DNA of 64,000 nt. Source: Octopus sinensis. Lineage: Eukaryota. The translations under genes and the position numbers were made by a program. The notes beneath the pieces are model-generated. The model was given only the letters and a program-made list of their open reading frames with translations, was not told the DNA's origin and ran no database searches. The stretch spans positions 14,198,001 to 14,262,000 of the forward strand of contig NC_043012.1 of NCBI RefSeq assembly GCF_006345805.1. The letters are read 5' to 3'. Below, piece by piece: positions 1 through 12,868 of the stretch; within the stretch, counting starts at the first letter, position 1; every line of letters begins with the position of its first letter.

Positions 1-52
1 CATACATGCATATATATAATATATATATATAATATATATATTATAATATATA

Positions 53-95
<43 letters not shown>

Positions 96-715
96 GCATG
101 TATGTATATATATGCGTATATATGTATATACTACATGTATAGAGGTATATATATTATACATATATTTATATGTATTTATACATACATGTGTGTCTGTATA
201 TATGTTTATATATGTATGTATAACCATATACATACATATATACGTATGTTGAGAGAACGGTAGAATCTACTACGTCTGCTCATGTTTGTTGTATGTGTAT
301 TAGCAGACAGGTGCACAGTAAGTAGCTTTCAAGTCATTGATAACTGGTATCTCCACAGCTCTTTTTTTAGATATATCATCAACGTCGTATACACATTATA
401 TCATGTTGTTTAAAAACATGTTTTTTGAACAGACATTTTTTAACCACTCTGTATTGTACATTGTACCGCTTTAAACAGGTTATAAATTATATATGTAATC
501 GTGGAATATTAAAGTACAAGTTGGAATAATGATATGACATGAAGTGGGATGTTATCTACTAATGTGCTATCAGTATGGTAAAGCTAAACTGGAAAGTTAT
601 AATAAAATGTTTAACGCCACATGAAATTTAAATAGAAATAGATCCATTTAAGATGTGCGAGGAAGTACCTTTCACTGAATTCCAAACTGAACCGGCTCTT
701 TATTTACAAATGCAT

Positions 716-953
716 CTAACTATTGGTTATGTTTGTTTCAATCTCTAGTTCAACAGTTGTAGTGCAGAGTGAGCTATGAAGAAAAGGGTTAGTGTAGTTA
801 ACACCCTGTTCTTGTTTATAAATAACTACATTTACGTTAATTGAGTTGGGCTCATTTCCGACAGTCAGTTGTGATGTGAAGGACAAGTGGTTACTATTTC
901 TAGTAGTTTGAGAAATACATAGTCTCTTCGTTCTTAGCTTCTTTTTAGTATTG
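716..953 (-). CDS. Candidate terminal coding exon of an unidentified gene (NTKKKLRTKRLC...ELEIETNITNS*)
   Basis: Minus-strand acceptor ttttttattctatgtattatatacag|C is followed by 79 open codons to TAG in non-repetitive sequence. No homology was recognised. Confidence 0.3.
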
Positions 954-1559
954 CTGTATATAATACATAGAATAAAAAATCGTGGAATATTAAAGTACAT
1001 GTTGAAATAATGATATGACATGGAGTGGAACGCTATCTGCTAATGTGCTATCAGAATTGCTAATTCGCATTAAATTCTGAAAATTCAAAAAACGATTGTA
1101 ATAACTTTGACAACACGATTTAGTTTTCAAATAATGCATCATTTAGATTGTAATTCATGATTATGCCTAATAAGATAATATACTGGAAAATTATTATTTG
1201 CGCATGAAATCTTCAAGTTATTCAACGGGAAATTTCTTTAAAATTTCTTTAAAAATATCATTTCCGCTCGAGCAAATGTTATCAACTTCATGTATTAACG
1301 ATTGATAAACTATATTGATTTGTTAACAGTTACTTGATTCTATTTCCGACGGTTAATTAAACTGAGATATTGCCAAAAGAAAGCGCAGTCTGTCTAGACT
1401 ACAGTGAAGATCGGCATACAACTTAAAGCAATGCATTATTCATTTCGGTCCTGCATGGTATGTCAGTTAGGGTACATCTTTAATCTTTAGTGTTGATGAT
1501 AATATTTCCAACACTTAGGAACATTTGTCTTTAAATGTTATGAAAATTTGCTTTAAACC

Positions 1560-1795
1560 CACTTTATCACCGCTACTTTATTATCTCCCCTTCTTCCTAG
1601 CTCTGCTATGTGACCCCATGATAGATCGCTAGCCACTACGCATTATTTTCTCTCCTTGTTTCTTCCTGTGTTCCTTTCTGTGGAAGAGCGTAGGCTCGAA
1701 ACATTAAAGACTTTTTCACTTCCCGAGCGTTAAACTAATACATCACCTGTGGTGTGTGTGTCTTCGTCTTTTGTTTTTTTGTGACTTCTTCCTAT
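1560..1795 (+). mobile_element. Penelope-like pLTR fragment (family P1) with variant hammerhead
   Basis: Similar to 20290-20545 (3' end of the RT/GIY-YIG element), 25440-25660 and 53335-53500. It ends in (TA)n. Confidence 0.7.
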
Positions 1796-1837
1796 ATATA
1801 TATATATACATATTTACATACATACCTGTGTGTGTGT

Positions 1838-1908
<71 letters not shown>

Positions 1909-1974
1909 GCTTATCTCATATAAATATATATGTTAATCTGCTTTCTGTTACAGGCATAATACTTGAATATCTTT

Positions 1975-2135
1975 TGTTAGTGGGGAGCGGGGAGTTGGCT
2001 TGTCGATCACATCGATTCCAGAGCTCGACTGGTACTTATTTTGTCGAGCTCGAAAGGATGAAAGGCGAAGTGAACAACAGTAGCATTTGAATACAAAGCA
2101 TAAAGCCGGAGGAAATATCGCTGAACATTTTACCC
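1975..2135 (-). mobile_element. SINE family B, degenerate
   Basis: Reverse complement of the gcctttcatcctttcg...aagtaccag core and the head. Confidence 0.65.
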
Positions 2136-3104
2136 AACGCATTGATGAATTCTACCAGCTCAGTCACTGCTTTAAACTTCTACGTAAATACCCTAATCTC
2201 TTTAGTCGCTGGATTAATGTATGTTATCGGTCAGCATTGAAAACGTGCTTTATACATGAAACATTTATGGAGGTGGGTAAGCGATATGATCTATTTTGGT
2301 CTTGACTTATACAAATTTTATCGAATCTGAAGGAGAGTCAAATTCGGTTCGGTTTAAGCTCAATAATACAACACAATTATTTTTTGTTCTTAGCACAGCA
2401 TCGCAAAATTTGGAAGAAGTAAATGTTATATCAACTCAGTACTTCCGTGTTTGTTATATTATTAGCACAAGAAGGAGGATAGGTTGATCGAAGCGATATT
2501 TGATATGTAAAGAGTCACTATGAAATACGGATAAGGACATTTCAAAGCCTTTCGGTTGTTTTTTTTTTAAATCATGAACACACACACACGCAATCATTCA
2601 CACACAAACAAACAAAAAGAAAATATACTTGTGCAGATACGCAAGCGCACATATAGACATTCAAATACAGATATGAACACCCAAAATCTCCTACATGTAT
2701 GAATAAACTTTTATACGTATATATATTCATATACATACAGATTTCACCTTTAAGAGAGTATAGTCTTCAACTGAAAAATATGAAATGTCTGTAAAATACA
2801 GTGTTACAATATATAACCTAAATCGGGGCTACGAAAACATCTGGGATGCTATGTTAAAAATCCTGCAACACATTGACATTCATGTTGCACATAACAAATG
2901 TTTTGTAACAACAACTGTATACAATAAATAAAACTGTTTAATACGCATGACAATAATGTTTATATTGAAGACCTCCAGAGAGACTGTAACTTTCTACTCC
3001 TTGTTAACAATTGAGGTGTCTTTTACGGTGGAGGTTGATATATTCATTTCGTTTGAGTTATTTAAATGTGTAAGTTATAGCGCTTTACGACTCCGATAAA
3101 ACTC

Positions 3105-3452
3105 ACAGTGTCAGGCACCTTGGGCAAGTGTCTTCCACTATAGCCTCGGGTCGGCCAAAGCTTTGTGAGTGGATTTGGTAGACGGAAACTGAAAGAAGCC
3201 CGTCGTATATATATATGTATGTATATCTATATGTATGTGTGTGTATGTGTTTGTGTCTGTATTTGTCCCCGCAACATCGCTTGACAACCGATGCTGGTGT
3301 GTTTACTTACCCGTAACTTAGCGATTTGGCAAAAGACTCTGATAGAATAAGTACTAGGCTTACAAAGAATCCTGGGGTCGATTTGCTCGAGTAAACGCGG
3401 TGCTGCAGCATGGCCAAAGTCAAATGACTGAAACAAGTAAAAGAGAGTAAAA
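3105..3452 (+). mobile_element. SINE family A, 5'-truncated
   Basis: caccttgggcaagtgtcttc...gaaactgaaagaagcccgtcg, internal microsatellite, tail cagcatggcc..agtcaaatgactgaaacaagtaaaagag. Confidence 0.85.
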
Positions 3453-4912
3453 AAAAAAGAGTGTCTTTCTCCCTCTGTTTATATGTGTATATCTTTACAT
3501 GCACGTGCTCATTTGTGTGTGTGTTCACTTGTCTCCAGTGTCAAGACATAACTTCCGCCAACATAGGTCGATAGCCCAGTCAGACGATCTAGATCATCAT
3601 CGTCGAAACCGTCTCGCCCTGTTATCTCACTCTGTCGCACTTACTTTTTCAACGATATACGAAGTACAATTATTTAAGCAAACGAATTCAGTACGAGGTA
3701 ATCTCCAGTAATTATTCCTCCATAAGTCCTAAAATTAAGATAAAATTCGAAGAATAAGCCTTACCAGTTCTTATGACTAATAATCCAATAATTCCACTTT
3801 CACTAACAATATGATACGTGTATACCCTTACAGTAGGAAACAATTTAAATAATGCCGTACAAATATTTTTTTCATACGATATGAAATTTGATAACTGAAT
3901 AACATTGTTTAGTTATCGTTGAACAGAGAGCAAGCTAAAGATAACACTGGAATGCATTTTTATGTAAACATGTTTGTTTTGTTTCGTTTTTTTCTTCCTT
4001 GAACTCTAGAATTCATAAGGCCAGTTACCCGTATACGTGACCAAGATCACAATATTTTCCTGAACATGATGCAGGTTCGTTATTCGGTTCAAGGCCAGCA
4101 GTTTTGGAGTGAGTTTTTAAGAAGAAAAAAACCTATACTAAAGTAAAAAAAAAAAAAAGGTAGGCATAAAATTAGCAGTTGAAAATTGCGAAGGAATACC
4201 GTTCGCATCCTGCTTAAATATGCATACTATATATATGCATGTATGTATAAAAACTCTTGATTACGTCGGTCACGAATGACCATGGGTGCACCTAAGAGGT
4301 TCCCCCCTGGGGTACAAGTCTGGGCGGAAAGTCGCCTCATCAGCGAACACACAACCTAGGGTTGTTTTTATGGAAGACCAGCAGTCACCCATGCATAACA
4401 GCTTCCCCTCTCCAAGCCACCAATGTTATCCAAGGGAAAGGCAAAGGGGCCGATACAGCTTGGCATCCGTGAAGTCGCAACCACTGAGTGAAATGGAGCA
4501 ACGTGAAATAAAGTGTCTTGCTTAACATGAACTATTCTTTCGAAAAACGAAAGACACAATTGGAAAACAAAACAAACAACATAAAGAACGACCCTTAATT
4601 AGTTGTTAGCTGTTTTTCTTGTCTCGGAGTTCGAGCATTTAATAGCAATATACACTTTCCATAAAACAGCTGCTTCTGCAAAGCAAATTAAATAAAATTT
4701 GGGATTTCCGGAGGGTCAAAATAGGTAACGCAAACAGGACAGTGAAAACAATCAGGAAGGGCTGCTAAGCCTAAACGAGGTATTCTTTACCAAACACTCC
4801 CCGAATATACACCAGTCCTGCTGCTTCATTAATGTATTATTGAACCACTACAAAGACTCGTATACTACCAACATCAGCCTGCCATGCAGATTAGCGAAGT
4901 CTATTATATAAG

Positions 4913-5018
4913 CTGAGGAAGTTTCTTCTGCACTCTGAGGTGGATTTGATTCCATTATATCGTTCCCGACCACGAGGGCGCAGTGCAGAAGTAAGCCGAA
5001 ACGACCGTTGTACTTAAT
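4913..5018 (+). ncRNA. Degenerate type I hammerhead ribozyme with extended stem II (PLE pLTR-type)
   Basis: CTGAGGA (4913-4919), stem II cttctgcact/agtgcagaag, GAAAC (4998-5002), AC-gacc-GT stem III, GTT cleavage triplet. Stem I is imperfect. Confidence 0.5.
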
Positions 5019-5225
5019 AAAACATCCAGTACACTTTGTCTTCCGTATCAATCATTTAAAATATAATAAACCTGCACCGAGCAATTCATTACGTGGATCC
5101 TGCGACAAAAGGGAAGTAGCGCGGATAAGGTTTGGCAGTCGTAAGTGGTGAACTTGGTCTGCAGGCACATTGCTAGGTACATACTCATATATATGTATGT
5201 GTGTGTGTGTGAGTGTACGTATGTG

Positions 5226-5262
<37 letters not shown>

Positions 5263-5275
5263 TGTGTGTGTGTGT

Positions 5276-5320
5276 GTTCCTCTGAAGAGGGCTTATAGAA
5301 CCGAAACAAGTGTCTGAATA
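5276..5320 (+). ncRNA. Minimal type I hammerhead motif
   Basis: tgttcct-CTGAAGA-GG..CC-GAAAC-aagt-GTC-tgaata. The core is canonical and stem I is imperfect. Confidence 0.5.
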
Positions 5321-6199
5321 TGCCATAATACTCACAAAGATCAGATATACTTTTCATTCCATCACATATTCCATTCATTATAATTAAAATTTCGGATTTG
5401 CCGTCTGTTTTCCCAGAATTAGTCATTTGGGTAATTGATTATTCTTATCAGTAAAATTGTAATTGCAATTAATTAAAATTCTTGATTTGCAACATCAAGT
5501 CACCCACTTTACCATTGAGCTTTGGTGCATCGGGCTACCCCGAGTATTTCCACGGCTGTTTTCTTCAAACAGGTATTGTTTGAATTTTCGTAGTAAAGGC
5601 ATTTATCCCTCTAATCAAATCAATTGTTGCTAATAAGCAGCATATTTAGATGCAGTAGTTGATGTTTAAAGATAGAGCTGGGCATTATTGATGATTGTGA
5701 TGAAGTCAATTTTGCCTTCGGGGATCTGATTAGGCCACGCGAATCAAGGTTATTTTTCTCTTCAATTAGTTACACAAGTCTGCATGACCAGCATAAATTT
5801 TAATTTCTCGTTAGCTTCTACAGTATAAAGATAGAAACAGCTGGACAAGATACAAAACGTAAAACGTAACTGATTACCAAAAATAATTGGTAGATGAAAA
5901 CTGCCTTGTATATGACGAAAATAAAATGAACAGATTGCAGCAGTAATTAAACCAACACAAGCAATATTAATGCATTAATATCGATCGCAAGCATGGATAC
6001 AAAAGAAACATTTCGAAATTCTAACTACAGCATTGTAATATTAAATACTGAAACATTATGGTATCTAAATTAAGAAAACAAATAGGGGAGTGTGTTTGAA
6101 ATGCTAAAATATTTCAATCACTTGAAATGCTATCTAAGGAAAAGTGACTGTAGACGAAATTGGTGGATTACAACTGTAGTTTGTAAATCGTGAGATGCT

Positions 6200-6490
6200 A
6201 TTCACAATGTATGTCGATGTCGTCATCATCATTGTTCGACGGTGGTCGAGACAATGGAATTTATTATGCTACGCCAGACTTCCCGGTCCATCATAGCATT
6301 ACGGAGGTCCTGTTGCTGGATGCCTGTATCCCTGGAGATTACATCAGGGTAGGAGAGTGTGCGCCCTCTGGTATCGCGAGTAGATGGCTTCCAGAGGAGA
6401 AGAGTAGAAATTACCTCGTTTTCAGCTCTACAACAATGTCCAGCAAACTGGACTCTTCTACCTTTCGTCGATGTGGGTGGCATGAGCTTG
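6200..6490 (-). mobile_element. RTE-clade LINE 3' end fragment
   Basis: Translation QFAGHCCRAENEVISTLLLWKP...LSYPDVISRDTG...AMMDREVWR is typical of the RTE ORF2 C-terminus, followed by a (GAT)n-like tail. Confidence 0.8.
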
Positions 6491-6539
6491 AGGTTAATTT
6501 TTTGTACGGTGCTATAGAGTATATGTTTCTCTTATTAAT

Positions 6540-7000
6540 AAAAAAAACACGAAGTAACCAACACAAAGTTCTTGAAACAGGCAGCACTTTCGAGAATAAA
6601 AACCATCGTGTGCAAAAGGAGATTAAGATGGCTTGAACGTGTGAAGCGGATGAATGACAACAGGATTGCCAAAGAGATCTTATATGGCGAGTTGGCTCAG
6701 GGCAGTAGACGCAGCGGACGAACAAAGTTGCGACCTAAAGACACATGTAAAAGCAACCTGACCAAGCACCACGTTGTTGAAAAGACCAAGTGCCACATTG
6801 TTGCAAAGTTAGCTGAAGCGAGAACAGCATGGAAAACCCCGGTGAAGAAAGGAGTCAAACAGCTCGCTCGAGGAAGAAGACATCCCGGCCCTCAAAACAA
6901 AACGCCAAAGAAAGAAAGACAACACACTGCAACCCTGCAACAGGTTACTTGCTTGCAGATTTTGCAGCAGAACTAGCTGGTCAAACATAGGAAGGATTTG
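6540..7000 (+). mobile_element. RTE-clade LINE fragment (post-RT region)
   Basis: RRLRWL.RVKRMNDNRIAKEILYGELAQGSRRSGRTKLRPKD matches the RLRWxGHVxRM...LYGEL...GRPxxRxKD motif. Confidence 0.8.
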
Positions 7001-7731
7001 CCATGAGAGAAGATGAAGGAAGAAGACTACGAGTACCTAATTAAGACATTTTAAGACGTAAATAACTTAATCACAAAATACAAAGTAGGAATTGGATACA
7101 AGTGTACATATATGTGTGCAAGTGTATGGGAGGCGCGTAGTGCGCATGCGTCTTTGTAAATAGGGGAATACATGTGTGCGTCTGTGTGTGTGTGGAGAGA
7201 GAGAGAGATACAGAGACAGACAGACAGACTGAGAGAGAAAGAGAGACAGTCAGAAATAGAGATAAAGAAAAACATATCACAGACTTGTATTCTTGATGTT
7301 CTTGTATTAGGTGTTACTGTCTTTACTCGCTTTACTGGGCAGTCTTCTTCAGTCTTCTATCCCCGTTGTCAATTACTGCCTTCATTGTTGTATCTATGTG
7401 TTGGTGCAGCAGTGGTGGCAGCAACAGCAACAGTAGTAGGGGTGGGGAATGGTAGTAGTGGTAGTTGGGCCTCAGATTCCTGTACTATCAGAATAGTAGT
7501 AGTTCTAGTATTGGTAGCTGCAGCATATTGTTATTATTTTTATCATTATCATTATCACCATCACCACCACTAAGAATTATTACTACTTCCATTTATTATT
7601 AAAAGGTTTGATTAAATGTTCTTTATTTTCAACTTTTGTCCTGTACTTGAGATAATCATAAATATGTGGTTCTTGAATGAAATAGTTGGGGGAAGAGTAG
7701 CAGCTTGGTGAATAGATCAAATTCTACAGGT

Positions 7732-7860
7732 CTATAAATAGATTCGGCAGATGGTGAGGATGTCAGCAGTAGAAGACACAAAAGAATCTCGCACCCTCTG
7801 GGTCAGCAGAGGTCAAATATGTTTACTACTACCAGCGACCAATGAGAGCGCTGACCTTGG
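7732..7860. promoter_or_regulatory. Putative enhancer/promoter: MEF2, nuclear-receptor DR4, Forkhead, CCAAT and ERR/FTZ-F1-type motifs
   Basis: CTATAAATAG 7732-7741; GGGTCA-gcag-AGGTCA 7800-7815; AATATGTTTAC 7816-7826; GACCAATGAG around 7839; TGACCTTGG 7852-7860. It lies in about 1 kb of repeat-free DNA. Confidence 0.4.
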
Positions 7861-9258
7861 CCGTGAAAAGAAGTAAATCCTCCCTGTTCTATTTGTAATT
7901 ACTGGTAGAAAAAACAATAATATATATATACTGATATTCACGTCGTTGAGTTCTTGAATTTCTGAATTCAATTGTGTTGTTGCAATAAAAGGTATGTTTA
8001 CATATTTGGGTAGTCTGAGAGGAAAGAAAGATAAAAGTTTCATGCAAAATGTAATATATTAAAGTTTTTAAGTTTTCTTGAGATGCTCGTTTGTCTGTCC
8101 AGTTGGAGAATACAGTAGTGTTTTTGCAATGAAAATGAGGGTAACATTTTCACAGACAGTTGTAGACATTAAACTTTTATGATTTCCTAAATACGGTCTT
8201 TTGTATGTCCGCACAGAGAAAATTTTAGTGTTCTTAGAATTAAAGAGATGTTTACATCCCTTTAATTTACTCAGGGAGAAAGGAAAAGATAGTTATTCAC
8301 AGAAGTGGTAGATATTATAGTTTTTCTTTTTTTGAAAGCTGATCATTTGTGTGTTCGTAAGCTGTAGATATGTAAGTTTCCTAACATATTTTGACGGGAA
8401 TTTAAAATACTCATAGTAAATTGTAGATATTCCAATCTTTGGGAGTTATTTTACCGTTGTCTTGCTGGGTTAAATTAGTGTTTCTGTGTCTTCGGCTACT
8501 GAATGGTCAGTGCAGCGAAGAACATGTCCAGCCGCTTATATTTCAAATCTCTCTGCCAGGGTCAACTTTGCCTTCAATCTATCCGGAGACGATAAAATAA
8601 AATACCAATCAAATACTATGGCTAATGTTATGGAATTCGAATAAAACCCACCCCGCCTTAAAATTGATGCCGTTGTGCCTAAATCAAAAACTGTTATTAT
8701 TGTTTTTGTTCTTTCTTGGTGGTATGATTTACAATTGAAGACAGTTTGTTGTTAGAATCATTATTCTCCTACCGCTTAATACATTCTAGAACACTTATCC
8801 GAAATTTATGTTATTTCTGAACAGAAACTGGCTTCGGAATATCGATGCTTATTTTCATCTCAATTTATTGATATCCATTTATCTTCTTTACAGGGGAATT
8901 GGTATAATCAACTAGCTTCCTTGAAATATTGCAATCATTCAACGTTAAGTCGCCGTAATTTTCGAATTTTAGTATCTGTTTGGCGTGCAATATAGCTGAT
9001 TGTTCACACATTTTTGCGCTTAGATTTCACTACTGTGTATTCCGTACTACCTACAGAGAGGTGATGAAGGTGGGTTGGTAGTGTTAAGAGATATTCTCAG
9101 AAACCACTTCTCGTTTCGGCTTAACTTATTGGTTATTCACACTGCCAATTGATCCAAACCGCTACTATTACCTTGTTAGGTGTGCTACAGCTGTAACCAA
9201 ATTCTTACTCACACATACACACACACACACACAAACTCACATGTGTATATGTAATATG

Positions 9259-9291
<33 letters not shown>

Positions 9292-9360
9292 GTATATATA
9301 TATAAATATATATATACATATATACATATATATATATACATACATACATACAAATACATA

Positions 9361-9798
9361 GGCGTAGTATTGGCTGTGTGGTAAGTAGCTTGCTTACCAA
9401 CCACTTGGTTCCGGATTCAGTCCCACTGTGTGGCACCTTGGGCAAGTGTCTTCTACTATAGCCTCGGGCCGACCAAAGCCTTGTGAGTGGATTTGGTAGA
9501 CGAAAACTGAAAGAAGCCCGTCGAATATATGTATATAAATATAAATATATATTTATATGCGTGTATGTGTGTGTGTATATTTGTGTATCTGTGTTTGTCC
9601 CCCCCCCCACCAACATTGTTGGACAACCGATGCTGGTGTGTTTACGTCCCCGTAAGTTAGCGGTTCGGCAAAAAGAGATCGATAGAATAAGTACTAGGCT
9701 TCCAAAGAATAAGTCCTGGGCTCGATTTGCTCGACTAAAGGCGGTGCTCCAGCATGGCCACAGTCAAATGACTGAAACAAGTAAAAGAGCAAAAGAGT
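9361..9798 (+). mobile_element. SINE family A, full length (tRNA-like head, central domain, LINE-derived tail)
   Basis: Head tggctgtgtggtaag (A box) and ggattcagtccc (B box-like), internal microsatellite, conserved tail. Confidence 0.9.
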
Positions 9799-10139
9799 AA
9801 ATATCTCATCATTAAGCTTCGTTTTCCCTCTTTCTGCTCCTTCATTTGTGCAATTTCTTTAAATCTTTTTGTCATTTTAGCCTCATTTACTATTGTGTTA
9901 GATTTTGTAACGGGTCTGGTAGATATTGTGAGTGTGAAAATATCACCAGTAATTTTAAGTAAATAAAACTTAAGTCTGTAAAAACAAACCTTTTTTTTTT
10001 AACTTTACTACGCCGATTAGTTAATCAGTTAATTATGACCCTTTTCGGCAAAACCTCTAAAGATATTTTTATTTGGTAATACTGTAAATATGGCCGAGTG
10101 GAGCGAAACAGAAACATGTGTACGATTCGAGAGCCAGCA

Positions 10140-10149
10140 ATAATAATAC

Positions 10150-10198
<49 letters not shown>

Positions 10199-10245
10199 TA
10201 TTATTATTATTATTATTATTATATTATTATTATTATTATTATTAT

Positions 10246-10327
<82 letters not shown>

Positions 10328-10330
10328 CTT
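10140..10330. repeat. Compound (TAT)n-(TAG)n microsatellite
   Basis: Direct reading. Confidence 0.95.
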
Positions 10331-10341
10331 GTTATTATTAA

Positions 10342-10455
10342 AGCGGTGAGCTAGCAGAATCGTTAGCGCGTCTTTACGTTGAATTCAAATTCCGCTGAAG
10401 TCGACTTTGCCTTTCATTCTTTCGGGGTCGATAAATTAAGTACGAGATATAATCG
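10342..10455 (+). mobile_element. SINE family B, partial
   Basis: gcggtgagctagcagaatcgttagc...gtcgactttgcctttcattctttcggggtcgataaattaagtac. Confidence 0.8.
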
Positions 10456-11533
10456 AGTATTTGGAGGTCTTCAGTATTGAGTAGTTAGGTGTAGACATTT
10501 TGAACATAACACAGAAAAAGTACATGGCGAACGTCCTAATAAATTATGGTGTATTGTCTCAGCAAATATCTCTAATATGCATTAATTGTCTTAAATAGTT
10601 GAAGAATTATACTAATCTGGGGCTGCATTTGTTTTGCTTATTTTTCTTTTAAGACGGTATGATTTATTTTAGTTAATTTGGTAATTATTTTGGTGTAATT
10701 TTGGTAATTTAGGTAATTTGGCAGCTATTTCTAGCTAAGTGAGCGATCTCGTAGAGGTTCCGTTTATAAGTGCTCATGTTTTCTCATGTCTCATTAATAT
10801 GTTTTATTTTGCTGCTGCTTTAATTCCAAACTTTGGCAGTTTGTAATCTAATCAAATTCACTGGAGAATATTGTTATCTTTCTTACCCAACCGTTGCCAC
10901 CAAAGTTACATTTCAGGATAAATATAATGAAAATCATTGACATCCATCTTTAATAATTCTTGGCTGTTGGTAGCGTATTTTCTTCATGTAATATAAAGTC
11001 TTTGGAAGTGTGAAGTCTTTGAAAGAATTCCAAGTTTTATAGTCTCAGTCGAACATTAAATATTACTTCATGCCTGGCATTAAAAATGAGTTATTTGCAC
11101 AGATGCAATATAATACGATTTTATAGAAATTGTTTCACGGTCAAAAAGAATTATTTCTCATTCTAGTTCGCACACCTGTCAAACAGACTGTTTTACGTCT
11201 TTTCCATGGAGTTTCAGATTATATCTTAACGTATTAGTCTTCTTCGTATTGTCAGCTTAAGAAAATAGTAAAAAAAAAATAGTTTAATGATCGTTTTTAT
11301 AACTCTGGTAAACAACTTAATGCTACTGAGGAAACACACAGACTGTGAACCATTTGCATTCAAGCGCTGATAAAACGTGTGTGGTAAAAAGAAATGATGT
11401 TTTTTTATGTGGCTCATTAGCAGAACTGGCAGATCGTCGGTCAAATTGTTATTTAGGTTTCTGTGTTCCAATCAAACCGAGATCAATTTTCAAATGTTAG
11501 AAGTTGAAGACGTTGTGTTAATTTGGTTTATAA

Positions 11534-11577
<44 letters not shown>

Positions 11578-11966
11578 GAAGAAGAAGAAAATGGATATAG
11601 TACCAATGGGAAACTCGTAGTTTTCGCTGGTTTGTTTTTAAATAGATAACAAAGAAGGACTTAATTAAAAAGATACCAGCAAAAATCAAGAGTTTCTCAT
11701 TGTTACTATATTCATTTTCTTCTCCTATATAACCTAAACTCCGGTTTACCAACCAAACCACCTGCTACCGTACAACCTTAAAAAGACGCAGCTAATAGCC
11801 AGGAGCGACTCTGGATTTAATTATCCTTTAGAGAGTTTAAACCCCTCTAACTTGATACCTTCACTATATATATATAGCAATTGCAGCATGGAAGGTGTTT
11901 ATAAGCCATTTAGAAACATACAAAACCGTTAGATTCGCTTCAACGTTTAAATTTAATTTGTCAATA

Positions 11967-12135
11967 TACGAGGGTGAGCCAAAAATGTAATGCCATTTTG
12001 TTTAGGACAGGTATAATTGCCAACACAGGAACATGTATCATACATCTAAATGAAGCTGGTCCTCCGTGGATCACATCCCTTCTTCTCAACATAGTCACCG
12101 TTTCTCTCGATAGCAATGTTCCACCTTTGAATGAG
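11967..12135 (-). mobile_element. mariner transposase C-terminus plus TIR remnant
   Basis: The minus strand encodes QRWNIAIERNGDYVEK (mariner RWxxCIxxxGxYVE terminus). The end tacgagggtgagccaaaa is mariner TIR-like. Confidence 0.65.
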
Positions 12136-12285
12136 AGCATCGACCCCAGTGCGTAACTGGTACTTATTTCATCAACCCCGAAGGCAAAGTCGACCTCGGC
12201 GGAATTTGAATTCAAAACGTAACAGCAGACGAAATACGGCTAAGCATTTCGCCCGGCGTGCTAACGTTTCTGCCAGCTCGCCGGG
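12135..12285 (-). mobile_element. SINE family B
   Basis: Reverse complement of the family B head and core. Confidence 0.85.
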
Positions 12286-12868
12286 GGTACTATATTGGCT
12301 AGACTGAACCAAAGAAATTGGTGAATGCTTTCCAAATGCAGAGTTTGTTTGTCGAGGTAATACTTTAAAGTGTACAAACGTTTGAATACCCACATTGTCC
12401 CTCTTATCATTGAAGAAATTCCAGAATGAATTTAAGTACAGTCGAAGATTTTACTTCTATTTATCTAGCTAGCTAGCTGTCTATCTAGCTAGCTGTCTAT
12501 CTAGCTATCTAGCTATCTGTCTATCTCTCTATGTATGTGCTTTTGTGTGCGTACGTGCGTGCGGGTGTGGATGGATGGATGCATGCATGCATGCATACAT
12601 TGCTGTATGTACGTATGTTTAATGTATGTTCAGGGTTGCATGGGCGCATATTCTCTTACGATGATGTTCAAACGGAATCAAAGTGACCCACTGTACGTAA
12701 CTATTGGATGATGTATACAAGCCACCAAACGATCAACTCTACAGTTTCTGTCTGCCTATTTTTACTCACAAATTATCCATCGAACGGATTTATATCGTAT
12801 TTAAGATAGAATTACAATTATATCCTTAATAAACAGGGTTTGCCTAGTTGGTAAAATATACCTTGCAG

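Noticed and set aside
4315-4355. Minus-strand CTGATGA-GGCG-loop-CGCC motif
   Set aside because: It is followed by CAGAC instead of GAAAC and lies within an unrelated retroposon fragment.
6190-6636. 148-aa + strand ORF
   Set aside because: It is the antisense reading of an RTE LINE 3' end plus adjoining sequence.
10098-10354. ORFs rich in I/Y/V/S runs, and all YI-, CV-, TH- and YVCM-repeat ORFs in the track
   Set aside because: They are translations of microsatellites.
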